Shown: one piece after another, positions 36,870 to 48,400 of the stretch
Layout: every line of letters starts with the position of its first letter
Numbering within the stretch: position 1 is the stretch's first letter
NCBI GenBank assembly: GCA_030704615.1
Contig: CM060734.1
Span: 31,496,001 to 31,560,000 of the forward strand
Direction: 5' to 3'
Length of the DNA stretch: 64,000 nt
Source: Takakia lepidozioides
Lineage: Eukaryota; Plantae; Bryophyta
Notes under the pieces: model-generated
Database searches by the model: none
What the model saw: the letters and a program-made list of their open reading frames with translations, nothing else
Told to the model about the DNA's origin: nothing
Translations under genes and position numbers: made by a program

Positions 36870-38515
36870 CAGCACCCTTTATTCATTTGTTGTTGCAATT
36901 GGCTTTGGACCAACCCGTGCTGGTACCATTGCCATGGGTTCTGCCTGCAATGTTTTCTTGCAATGGATTTGGCACATGCCACGAAAGGCCATCCAGACCA
37001 TCCTCTGGAAATGCTCCAATGTTGTTTCAAACATCTCCACATTGCAATGGATACAACACTGACATTAGATGAGTGAAAGTGAGACTAGACCTCCAGCCAG
37101 CCGGCTTTCCCACATCAAATTGAAGGGGATCTGTAGATTATAGATAACGGCTGTTGCCTTCTCAATGTCTTTTCCAATGACCTCTACAATGAACTGAGGT
37201 ATAAGATCCTTCAAATCACAAGTTTGAGCATCACGCACAAGCCACTTACGGGGATAGAGTTTCCAATGCGAACCATTGGTCTTTTATTGATAGCATTGTT
37301 GTAAAATACATGGACCAACATGGTCAATTTCGGGAATGACATATAGTACGCTTTCATGTACTATGTAAGCATGCAACTATGTACCAGTGACGTGGCTTGT
37401 TCGCCACTTAACCTGTTTGCCCATTCAGCCAGCTCCACATTGTCATGGATTTTGCATGTTGGATTGTGAGGCCATCCACACCGTCCTCTGGAAAAATGTT
37501 ATCATGGGGTTTCAGCTATGTCCACATTTCCCTGGATTATGCCTGCACGAAGCAAGGCCAACTGCATTCAGCACCCCCCACTTTATTATAGTATTGCAGC
37601 AACATTCAAAGCACTTCAATTTGTATCCATCGAAAACATCTAGGCTGGAAAAAGACATTGTTGCAGCAGAACTTAGGAAAGTACTTCTCCCCTTCCACTA
37701 CACACGTGAAATGAAAGAAGCCAACCAACAGCATACCAGCCAAGAAAATATGAAACCAGCCAAGAAAAGCGCCAATATATGCAGTGAAGGTCGACACTAA
37801 ATGAAACTTATCCAACAAGATGAGGGAAGCTAAGTCTTACCTCCATAAGCTTGCCCACATCAAATTTGGGAGCTTTCAGAATTTCTCCTTTCCGGTTGAA
37901 TGAACTTGGCTACAAGATCCTTCAAATTGCAAGTTTGAGCTTCACACACAATGAACTTGCAGGGATTGGGCTTCCAATGTGAACCCGGAGTCTTATATTG
38001 ATAGCATTGTTGTAAAACACATGGACCAACAATGACAGTCTCTGGAATGACATATAGTACAGTAATGACATATAGTACAGCATGCCGCTTCCAGTTGACC
38101 ATCTACCCATGTAGATTTCTTGTACCTATCCTTCCACAGGGAATCATAGGTAATGTGGAGCTTGAAATCCAGCCCTCTTGGATGAATGTGGACCCACACT
38201 CTATCCCTGCTCCTTCAGCTATCCATGCCTCTGACAGCCTACAATTCTACCAGCAAACACCCCAACCATACTGGTGTGGAGTTCTTCCCCAAAACACCCG
38301 AACCCTACTTATCACAATCTGAAATGCATCTGCTTCTCTCTGTAGTCCAACAGGCATTCGCCTTTTTGTCTCCATTGTCCCACCATTGGGGTCGGAAAGT
38401 GTTCACCCCAAAGCTTCTCCTCACCTCTATTATATGTTTTTGGATACTTCCCTGCTGCCACACTGGCAGTAACTTGCCAAAGTCACTCCAAACCACCACA
38501 GATGTACCCAACGAC
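36870..38515 (-). pseudogene. Degenerate third gene in the CACTA element with internally duplicated domains, function unknown
   Basis: 37200-37350 is homologous to 37910-38060 (VLYVIPE..VGPC.LQQCYQ.KT.GSHWK..P.K..V..AQTC.LKDL), and 36960-37050 is homologous to 37445-37540 (FQR.VWMA). Splice-like sites at about 38515 and 37840. Confidence 0.45.
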
Positions 38516-39869
38516 CTAACTTACAGAATTCCATATGCATCTTGCGGCCGAGTCTGATGAGAGGGCAACACAGGCTGAAATAGGTTGAAGAAGAAGGTGC
38601 CCTACCACATTGTCCTTGACCTGTCCTGACCCATGGAGGATTTGACCGATGACCTCTTGTGTGTGCTGCTTGTGTCTGTAGTCAGGTAATGTCGGATTGG
38701 TCTATCAGATCGAACCACTACGGCGTAGATGAGTAGTCAGAGATTGAAACACGCTTGCTAAGACCAAGCTGACTCTCCCAAGAACGGCGAGGTCGCCTGT
38801 CCTCGTCTCCTCTCCTCCTCCTCTTCTCTTTCGTGCATCATTTGCTCAACGCCTCCATCCCACGCCCCTGCATATCCTGCTATCATCGCGTTCTATCCCT
38901 CAGCTATGTGGTGTGGCGCAGGAGACAAAAAGACGCCAAGTCCCAGCCCTCCTTTCTGTTCACGATTACACTAATGGGCAACCTTATTAGCAAAAATTTT
39001 AACTTTTTAAAACCTAATGGGCAACCTTATTTGCATTATATGTGCCTTCAAAATGACACGTGTAGTGATGTAGTCGTATAAATAGAGCTCTGAAACCATC
39101 TTCAGTCATGGAGTCATAAGATTCCATGAAACGTCGTCCACGTGTAGTCAAACATATCACACTAGTCATATAAACCATCCCTGTCATCATGGTCAACAAT
39201 GTTTGACCAATGCTCCCTAACTTTCCGGAGTCATGTACTGATATCCATTACTACAAAGTCATAAAACTAAAACTATAATGCATTTCAGCGCTCTGTAGTC
39301 ATGTACCTAGTGCAGTTTTTATGACTCCGCCAAACCCGTAGTCCTAAAAACGCTCATCTCTTGTAGTGCTACTACGTACCCTCCACTATACAGCCATCCG
39401 GTCTCTCACTGCCCTCATCCTAAACAAACGTAAGATCGAAAGCGGCCAATTGGGCACGCAGTAAGTCGAGTTACATAGATAGAGCCCACCCCCGAAAGGG
39501 GGCAGTACTTGCAAGGGGAAGAAGCTCTTATTTACACTGACTTTGGTTGGTGTCATATATATATATATATATATACATACATTCCGTGTTTCATTGTTTT
39601 TCGGAAGAAGAAGGGGGAGTGTTGTCAAAGCTATCACGTCACATCTCTGTATTTCATTGTTTGATGCATCTACCTCTATCTATGCCGAAGAAGTGAGGGG
39701 AGTGGAACCCCCTTTTCTGTATTTTTCCCTTCGTTTAGCATTTGTTTTGTCCGAACCGGAAGTAGGTTGTTTATATCTTTTCCGTTGCTCATCATTTAGT
39801 TTCTCAACATTTTTTTATTATTTATTATTATTTTTGGAAGAACAGGGACAAAGGTTTAGTTTTATTGTC

Positions 39870-40915
39870 TTGATAAAAAATTAGAGCTTATGGGACAAAG
39901 TGGAAGAAAACATGAGAGAGGAGACAAAATCAGAGCCAGAAATAAAAACTAATGTTCGAGTGATTGTCTAAGGGCGATGGCCTTGTGCAAGTAAGCTGCC
40001 AAGCATTTCTGATCCTCATAGCGGAAGACTTCATTGAGAGATTGGGCTCCACAGAATAGACTGGAATCTCCCAAGCATCCCATAGTATAGAGGGCAATGG
40101 AAGAAGAAGTGTTCTTCAGTTTCAATTTCCCCTATGCAGGCTGGACATAGGTGGTCCGTCCTCCCGTTGCAGGTTTTCCCATCTGCCAGTCTCTATCCGT
40201 AGGTTGTGGGAGCCCACCGTGAACCGCCCCAATGCCCTCAGGAGAGAAGGAGATAAAGATGCCGAAAGGTAATTGGGCCGCGAGAGAGAGAAGACTCCGG
40301 CGAAAGCCAGCAGAACTAAGAGCCACTTCGCCTTGTGGCCGCAAGATTCAATCCTCTCCTCTTGGAGAACCAAGAATGTCTCTCGATAGAAATGGAGCTT
40401 TGTCGTGAGATTGGGTAGCTTCCACCATGTCCATCTTGCATCGGGCTACTGTAGCTAGCATGGCTTCGTCTCATCTTTCTTCTCTTTTCAATGTCACACC
40501 CATTTCTCCATTTCTTTGTCTGATGTGATTTAGGCAGTTGGATGGGATGATCATTTGGTTTGATTGGCTTGCCATGCTTTTTTTTTTTTTTTCATTTCTT
40601 TATGTTATTCTTCCCTTGCTATGGGAACTTTCCATCCTTTGTACAGTTACCTCATGTCAGTTCGTAAATAAAGCTTTACAGGGTTTCACCATTCCAAGTT
40701 CTCCTGACATGTAGTTCCATAAGCTCCCTTCTAATGAGTCTGTTGCGGTCTTGCTTGGATGTGATGTCCACCCCTTCTGGATTCACTGGAAATAGTGAAG
40801 CAAGAGAGAGTCCATTGCGCTCAAAAAAACTGGCCACTCGAGCATACCAGGAGTGCTTGAAACCTGCAGTTTTGAGCCTAATAGATGTTGCAATGGCTCT
40901 TGCCACGAGCCCCTT
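39870..40915 (-). mobile_element. 3' fragment of an RTEX/L2-like LINE, split by an insertion at about 40420-40680
   Basis: RFTVGSHNLRIETGRWENLQRE...ETEEHFFFHCPLY; homologous to 49716-50570. Confidence 0.75.
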
Positions 40916-42443
40916 GGGGCAAAGTGAGGAGAGAGAAAGAAAGGATACAGGAAATTGAAAAGACATTAGCTAAGCACATTATGAAAGAGAAGCCCTAGAA
41001 GAAGAAAACGAAGCCTTTTCATTATGATCTTTTGAGAGATCCCAGGCCAGAGGTGGGGTCTTCAACGATGGAGCCTGAGCCTTGAGCAGCTAGACTTGGC
41101 TGTGTTTCATAGATCTCCAAGAGTGTAGAAGAACACAATTACTCATCAGGCCTATGAGGATTAGTTTTCATGTCATTTGGCATTGGTGTAGATTACTGAT
41201 CATACACCTAGCAGTGAGGATGGGATATTGGATCCTGAGTTATCCAAATATTTAGTTCTCACTTCCAATGCAAGTAGCCTAGTCTGCACGTGTAGATTCA
41301 AGATCATGAAATTACAGTCAGTCTGACCTCAATTAAACAAGCAGACTTCCGCCAACTGTTTACTGGAGTTTCCCAAGTAAGAGCTGAAAGCCTTGTAAAC
41401 ACCATTAGCAAAATAAAAAATGATACATCTTCCTTACTGCAATTCCACATTTACCGTAAAGAAACATAAGAAACAGGTCAAGTCATACACTTGAAGACTA
41501 AAAATGAGAGTACTCAATCACTTTTGGAACTAGTATACAGATCAAAGAGATCGCATATTAGAAAACTCATTGATCGTTTGTCAGAAGGAACAAGACTTCG
41601 GAGCTTTAGTCTTTGGCTGTGCAAACAACATCATTACCACCCAGCATGGAAGAGGAGTATTTCTGTAATCACATGCACACAAGTGACCACAGTAGAAAGA
41701 TGGCACTGCTTGCTCAGACGGGGCTCAAATTCGCAAATAAACTGGAATTCTCTGTTGTACTGTTGGGGTAATCTTCACAGATTTGAACTTGTGTATGACG
41801 TTATCACTCTGGGGGAAAGGCCAGTGCGGAGTGGAAGAGGCACTCTAAGGGGCCAAGACGCCCTTCATTCTTCTGAGTGGGACTCGTGTACCTGGTGAAG
41901 TGGATTGGGGGTGTTGAGAGAGAGAAAGCAAGAGAAGGAACGACAAAATGAAACGAGAGAGCAGATACATAGAGCATCAGAACCAAGAAAATTCAAACCC
42001 CATGTTGCACGATAACGAGTACCCTCCTGCAGGTAAGCTGTTCAGCACTGTTGATTCACATAATAGGAGCCACTGCCAGGATGAGGAATCTCTCAATAGA
42101 CAACAGGAACATCTCAGACATCAAAAGCCTGACGCGATGACCTGTTATCAAAGGTGCAGTCTCTACCTATGGCATGCCCCATAATCATGGGATACACTTC
42201 GTCGCTACTCAGTAAAGATGAAGGCTCTAAAATGCTGTCCAATCATTTAAAGTCTTGATGGTTATACAAGCTTCCAAGCTTTACAGCACTGGACCGAGTT
42301 ACAAACTATCTCAATAGCCACAAAGAGAGGCCCACGACAACAACTTTGAACGTGCATAGACCCCACAACTGAAAAGCTCAGTGGTGTGGAGAAAAAAATA
42401 ACATTGACGAGGCCAAGGACAGCAATGGAGAGGGGTCAGGATC

Positions 42444-45400
42444 TCAAAATCCTCCAAAGTACCTTCTGAGAGGTATTTTATTAGCGCAAGAGTAGATATG
42501 GTCTTCTTCAGTAACCCACGTTGGACAAGAAACACTGTCATTTGCAGGTGTGCTGCTGTCACAGTGGAGTAATTCCAGCACTGCGCTGATCACCCATTTG
42601 CCTTCACTGGGAATGTTGAGATGCAGATCTTTCACCTTCCGCTCCAGCAATAAGTCCACCTGCTTGCGCAACTCCTGTCTTACCCATACCCACCAAAGTC
42701 ACACAATGCTCTATACCCATTGGAGAAAACATGAAAACAACTGTCCTTCCTTCCCCTTAGAGACACAGAACCCCCACCTCTCCATCCAATCTATATATAT
42801 ACATTTGAAAGACGCACTAGGAAGGGAAAGAAACATACTTGCACCAGTTGGGTTGTTTTCCTGGTTGCTGGAAAATGCAGAGAACCCCCCAGCATCTCCA
42901 CCCCTTGTCCGCTCTTACTGGAACTTAAACTCTCCCCAAACATGAGCAGGGCATAGTCGGAGACATTTGTTGTATTCCGCACATAAGTACCTGTGGTTCT
43001 CACCTTCTCACTGTATACCAGCCATGGCTGTGGGAAAAAGGTGACACGCACATTCACAGATGACGGATGAGGTTCCACTCTACCATCTTCCATGGTATAA
43101 AACGCAGTGTGCTTACCACGGGATTTGCACTGCACAACACTAGGGAAAAGGCCTGCACACAGAACTGCCCTCACCATCTCCAGATCCTGAGAGTGCCGAT
43201 TCAAAATCTGCCATGCCAAATCCATTTCAAGGCATCAAGACCCACACATAATGTGATTGATGAAACAGGCTATGATAACCCCTCTTTCCTCTTCTGCTTC
43301 TTCATCTGCGGTCATTTGTCACTACAGAGGGATTCACAGTGCACGCAGGAATGCCTCCAAGTCGACAAAAACAGTTAATGTGCACAACGTAGTCTTAACA
43401 AGGAGGTGAAAATCAAACTCCACAGGAACTCAAAAAGTCCACCTGACTGGCTCCTCTCTTAGCAGTAACAAGGAAACCACTTGGTTGTCAGAATAGTCAA
43501 ATTATTGACCTGAGTGTGAGTCTTGTCAATGAAGCCAATTTCTACAAGTAAATTCAGGAATCGGTGGTGCATTTCTTCCAACATCTGCAACGTTGGCACA
43601 GATAAACAGTTATCCTGGCAGTAGCTGCGTTCCTGGCCCTCCTGTCTTGCAGCCTGCCATCCCTCGTACGCCCTCCACAGTGCAATGTGATCACTGCTCA
43701 CCATGCCCCCCATGCCAAACACCCCTCAGAACTGACCCTGCTAGAGACCCCCTCTAGACAAGCTCTAAACTTCAGGCACATATTTCTCAAGCACAAACTA
43801 TTCTTACTGCAACAATCACCTTCTAGAGTCATCTGCAAACCGCCGCCGCGCTTCATCAGCCTCCTCTTTCTGCTTAATCGCGACGATAAATGGATCCCGG
43901 TGAACAAGTGCCGCTGCAATTGTAAGGGCAGGTCCCAGACACTGAAAAACAGCGGCCATAAGCAGCATTTTCCCCACCTTTGGATCCATTGGTAGTGCTG
44001 CTAGATGGCACCCTGTTATACAAGAACCCCTCGTCATCACCCTCACCATCCTCCTTGAAAGACTTCTTGTGGATCACCAGAACAAGACAGGCAATGGCAA
44101 ATGTACTGCATGTAACTTACATTTCTAGTCAACAACAAAACCAAACTGTTTGATCCTCGTTTGATCACAATAATTATATGCTTAAAATTAGTCCTCCAGC
44201 TTGGATAGAGCTGCAAAATACAGCAGCCTACAGATTAAGGAAAAAAAGAGGAGATGAAGAAGAGCCACTCAGGTTGCTTGTTTGTGGCAATATAAGGAAG
44301 ACCCTTTACCCTAAGCTGGGACAACTTTTAATCGACAACGTGGAGCACCTTAACAGTGTATAAATGTTAAGTTAGGTATTAGTTCCAATTACTACACTGA
44401 CAGAAAGTTAGCCATCCACACATATATCACATGCAACTGTATACCTGGTGGCATCCCTTCTAAGCTGGATTGCATACAGGAACATCTCTTGCAAGCCTAT
44501 GTCAGTAAGAAGTCAAGATGTGAAGTGTAGCTGCAGCCCTCTGACCATAGGCCTATCTATTGGAAGATTCAACAAGACTCTAACCATGAAAATCCTTCCT
44601 ACGGCCTAACATCTGTACCTAGTGGTGTCAGCTCCTCTGCATAATCCAAGGCCCCAATGATCTTGAGCAAGTCAATCCCGCTCTGCACCGCAAGGTGTTC
44701 AGGTGGTTCCATTGCCCTCTTGAGAAAGTTAGAGATACTGCCAAGCTTCAAGCTCTTGATTTGCAGGCACAGCTCCGGTAAGGGAGTTCGTAGTATCTCT
44801 GGCAGCTGGTAAAGTAACATTGAATCATAGATGAGCTTCGGGTAAAGATGGTAACATATCAATTAGTTGACAATTGGGGTGTACACGGAGTTACCCACTA
44901 ATAGGAATTCTTCATTTCGGTGGGCTGCCTGAACTCGCCCAGCACGACCTCGTCTCTGCATCAAGATTGCTTACACATCAATCAACTATCAACTAACAAG
45001 TTCAACTAAGTTGGACTAAGGTTGTCTAAGGTTGGTCACCACTATCAACTATCAAGTTGTAGACATGACTTTACATGTCATAGCCTTGCGGTTTGAGACT
45101 CTCAACTTCTTCAGTACCGGCTAATTAAGTTATTAACTAGAAGCCCCTGCCAGGATCAGGGAATCTCTAAAACAACACCAGTGCACCCCCTGGATCCATA
45201 CAGAATGAAAGAATGTCCCTGGCAGAGACACAAAGGAAAGCAGAATTGGGTAAGACAGCCATAGGGAAATTACTAGAGCCCTGATCATCAAAGAGATACA
45301 CATGCCTCCATAAAGAAGATATACCTGACGAGCGGAGGCCTTTGAAATCCAGGATGGTAATAAGCAGGCCAGCTTGTTGAGGGCATCGTAGCTGCTCTCT

Positions 45401-48400
45401 TTGGCCTTCCCACAGTCAATCACAAACACTACATCGTCTATTGTGATACTTGTCTCAGCAATATTTGTGGCCAGAATTATCTTTCTGCACCAAAGCACAT
45501 TCCACAGATCAGTCATTTGCAGGTCTCCCTGTTCTTTCAACCTCAATGGACTCGTGAGAATTTTTTGAATGCTCTTAAAACCTTCTAGACAACCCATCCA
45601 AAGGGTGAAATGAGCAAAGCCCATGTTACAATGCCAAATTGCAACTAATGTACATAGCAACGAATGACCAACTTTCTTTATTACAATTCTGCTGTGTTTT
45701 CTGTCTGATGCCTGCTATATAAATCTGATTGCACAATTTTCGAAGTCCAATCCTAGTATCCCACTTGTTTTGTGATGCATGATTTGAATACTGCTGCTCA
45801 GATATAGGACAAAGAACTCTTCAGCATTCACCATTTTGCTCAAGTACCATACATATGGAATCAAGACTAAGGACTACACATTATTTACATAAACAATCTC
45901 TTAAAGATCCCAATTCTGCAAGGAAAATAATACAAGAAAGGGAGAGAGATGCACCAGTACATGGGGGAGCTATAGCATACCATTGAGAGTTTAATCCTGG
46001 CAGAATTACATTGTGTGTGTGTGAGAGAGAGTCCTTACCGCACTTCTTGAGGAGGGCAATGAAAAATCTCAAGTTGGTTCATGGTCGGCATTGACCCATG
46101 CAATGGTAACAACAGAAAGCGACTACTATCCCTCAGCACTGCATTTTTCTTCAGCCGGTCTACCAGCTTTGAGATCTCTTCCCACCCAGTCAGGAATACA
46201 AGAACTGCACCGTCACCCTCATGCACACATATGTACTCGATTGCTGCCTCCACCTACACCATTTGGCCTTGGCAATTTGGGAGTGTAAAATAAGGTTGCT
46301 AAAGACATGTTCAGAGGTGGAGAGGGCTACTGTGTGGCTGAAAGAAGGGCACTAATGTGAGTGTGAAACCTGTAGTACTTCAGATTAAAAAAAAAACCTA
46401 TAGCTCCACCAGTTGTGTTAGAATTCCCATCAATGTGGAAGTGAGGATAGAGGGAAGAAGGGAGAGACATGAAATGAAATGGTACTTCATAATATCCGCA
46501 AGGAGGAAATCTATTACAACCACAGCAGGAGCCAGGAGGCCATGGGACAAAGAAAACTTACAAATGACAAGAAAAAAGAACACATCACAAGATCTCAGAT
46601 GTAGCTTGAAGATGTAGTGCCTCTACCTGGTACACTAACAATGCAAAGAGGGACACAAGGAGACCCACCAAGCCAAGGTCAAATTCCTCTGCATTCCAGG
46701 CCTCGAGTGACTCCTGGGTGGCCTTGCTGTACTTAGCATATTCTGTCTCTCTGTCCACATCCTGCATGTTAAAACTGACCCAAGTTAATGAACCCACATC
46801 CACAGCATGCAGCAGTTTCTCAGAATAGGTCCTGGTGTCAATGTTACTCAACTGCCGCACAACTCTTGGGCATGTGTCAGCCCAACCTCATTAAATTCCA
46901 TGGATGAGAACATATCAGATTAACCAATCTTTTGCTTCAGTGACACCTTCTGCTAAGACTTCAAATGCCAAATAGGTTGTCACATCCCGGGCAACTTGCA
47001 CCTTGCAACCAGTCCTTTCAAACTGTCGACAGTGCTCAGAAAAGCAGTCCTGCATCCATCCATTATTGGATACATGGCCAGCCTTGGCGGAGCCTCGTGG
47101 CCAAGACCAGCTAGAAAAAATTCAGATTTCACGAGCTTTCTGAATGACGACTCATCAGATCACTCCATACAAGAAAACTTTCCACTGGCCAGCTTTAGGA
47201 GCGTTTCTTATCCCTAAGGGCTATGCTCTGAGGCTATATCACAGCCCACAAACACAAGAAACAGCCTACGAGTACAGTTGTGGTAGTTGGGTAAGAAAGT
47301 TCCAAGTATCTTCAACCCTTTCAACTTAAAGAAACCATCAGCGAACTGCCAAGTAAGAATCACAGCGTTGCTGAGGGCCTGGCATACAATCGACCAAACA
47401 ACTTGCCTCAAAAGCATCCATAATGGAATCCCTCTTTTTATCATGGGTTTTCTGCCTGATATCCCCACCAGAGCCACTAGCTTGATCAGCACCAATAGCA
47501 TATCCCGTGAGGTCCAGGACATCCTCCAAAAATAACTCCTCCACTGGAAATGTTAACCCCTGCCATGTCATAGTTCATCACTTATAACCTCTAGCGTCTG
47601 CGCTGACCTCATGACAGCAACAAGAGAATGTAATTGGACAAGAGTGTTCATCCCAACAATGTTGAAAGATTATGATGATTTACGTGTTTCAAAGGGTGAA
47701 CGCAAAGTTTAGAGACCAGTGGGGGTGTAAAAGAAGAGGGTAGAGCAATGGTTGTCGCTACTCGCTACCCTCACCTGAGGCAAAACTAAACCTACCATTT
47801 GTTCATTCATCTCCCTAATGACTGCAGTGTTCTGAATGTCAACCCCCCACTGTTATTTTTTCTTCAAAACTTCCACTTGTCAACCAAAATTGATTTCCCC
47901 AAAATAATCATTCAATGAACACACACACGAGGAAGGATCATAAAGGCACAGTCAACAGATCGAAAGAAGAGACTTGCAAAAATCCAAAGAATCATAAACA
48001 CACAACTTAAACCAGTATTGACCTAAACAGAGACATGTTGGGGGAGATGTGCAGCAAATTCTAGAAAAAGGGAAGAAAGTATACAGGAATGTGCATCATG
48101 GGAGCATCTCCAAAGTAGTGAGAGAAGAGTTTAGCATTGATAGTGGCACTCATCAGCACCAGGCGGAGGTCAGGGCGGCGGGGAAGTAGATCGCGCAGTA
48201 TGACGAGCAGAAAATCTTCGTTCATGCCCCGCTCATGGATCTCATCAACTATCACGTGGCTCACTCCCAACAGCAATTGCTCTTGCACCTGTACAATCCT
48301 CCCAAGGATTAGCTGTTCTGGAAATCATTGGATGGATGTGCATATCTCTGCAAAATCCAAGATAATGGGATGGACACATTCTCAATGATTTCAGCACAAG

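Larger units (their letters stand above)
26944..39368. mobile_element. CACTA/En-Spm DNA transposon, full length (12,425 bp)
   Basis: TIRs CACTACAACAGATGAGCGTTTTTATGACT and AGTCCTAAAAACGCTCATCTCTTGTAGTG (27/29 match); 3-bp TSD CTA (26941-26943, 39369-39371); subterminal ATGACT/AGTCAT repeats; transposase inside. Confidence 0.96.
19115..39580 (+). mobile_element. 5'-truncated Dualen/RandI-like non-LTR retrotransposon in three pieces (19115-20545, 25012-26943, 39369-39580)
   Basis: RNase H motifs IYTDGS, RAELTAI, VFTDS and KVRSHTNIKGNEVADQLA (25628-26020); then CTMC...H....C plus RHN, RP(D)ILL and IHLIEFVFCHD (restriction-like endonuclease, 26370-26760). The C-terminus LLRTLHYTAIRSLTALILNKRKIE resumes after the CACTA, followed by a hairpin and a (TA)n tail. 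Strongly A/C-rich plus strand throughout. Confidence 0.75.

Noticed and set aside
38250-38470. Possible SRA-domain similarity (SVAAGKY..VRVFWG) on the minus strand
   Set aside because: Only two short loose matches separated by stops; not supportable without a profile search.
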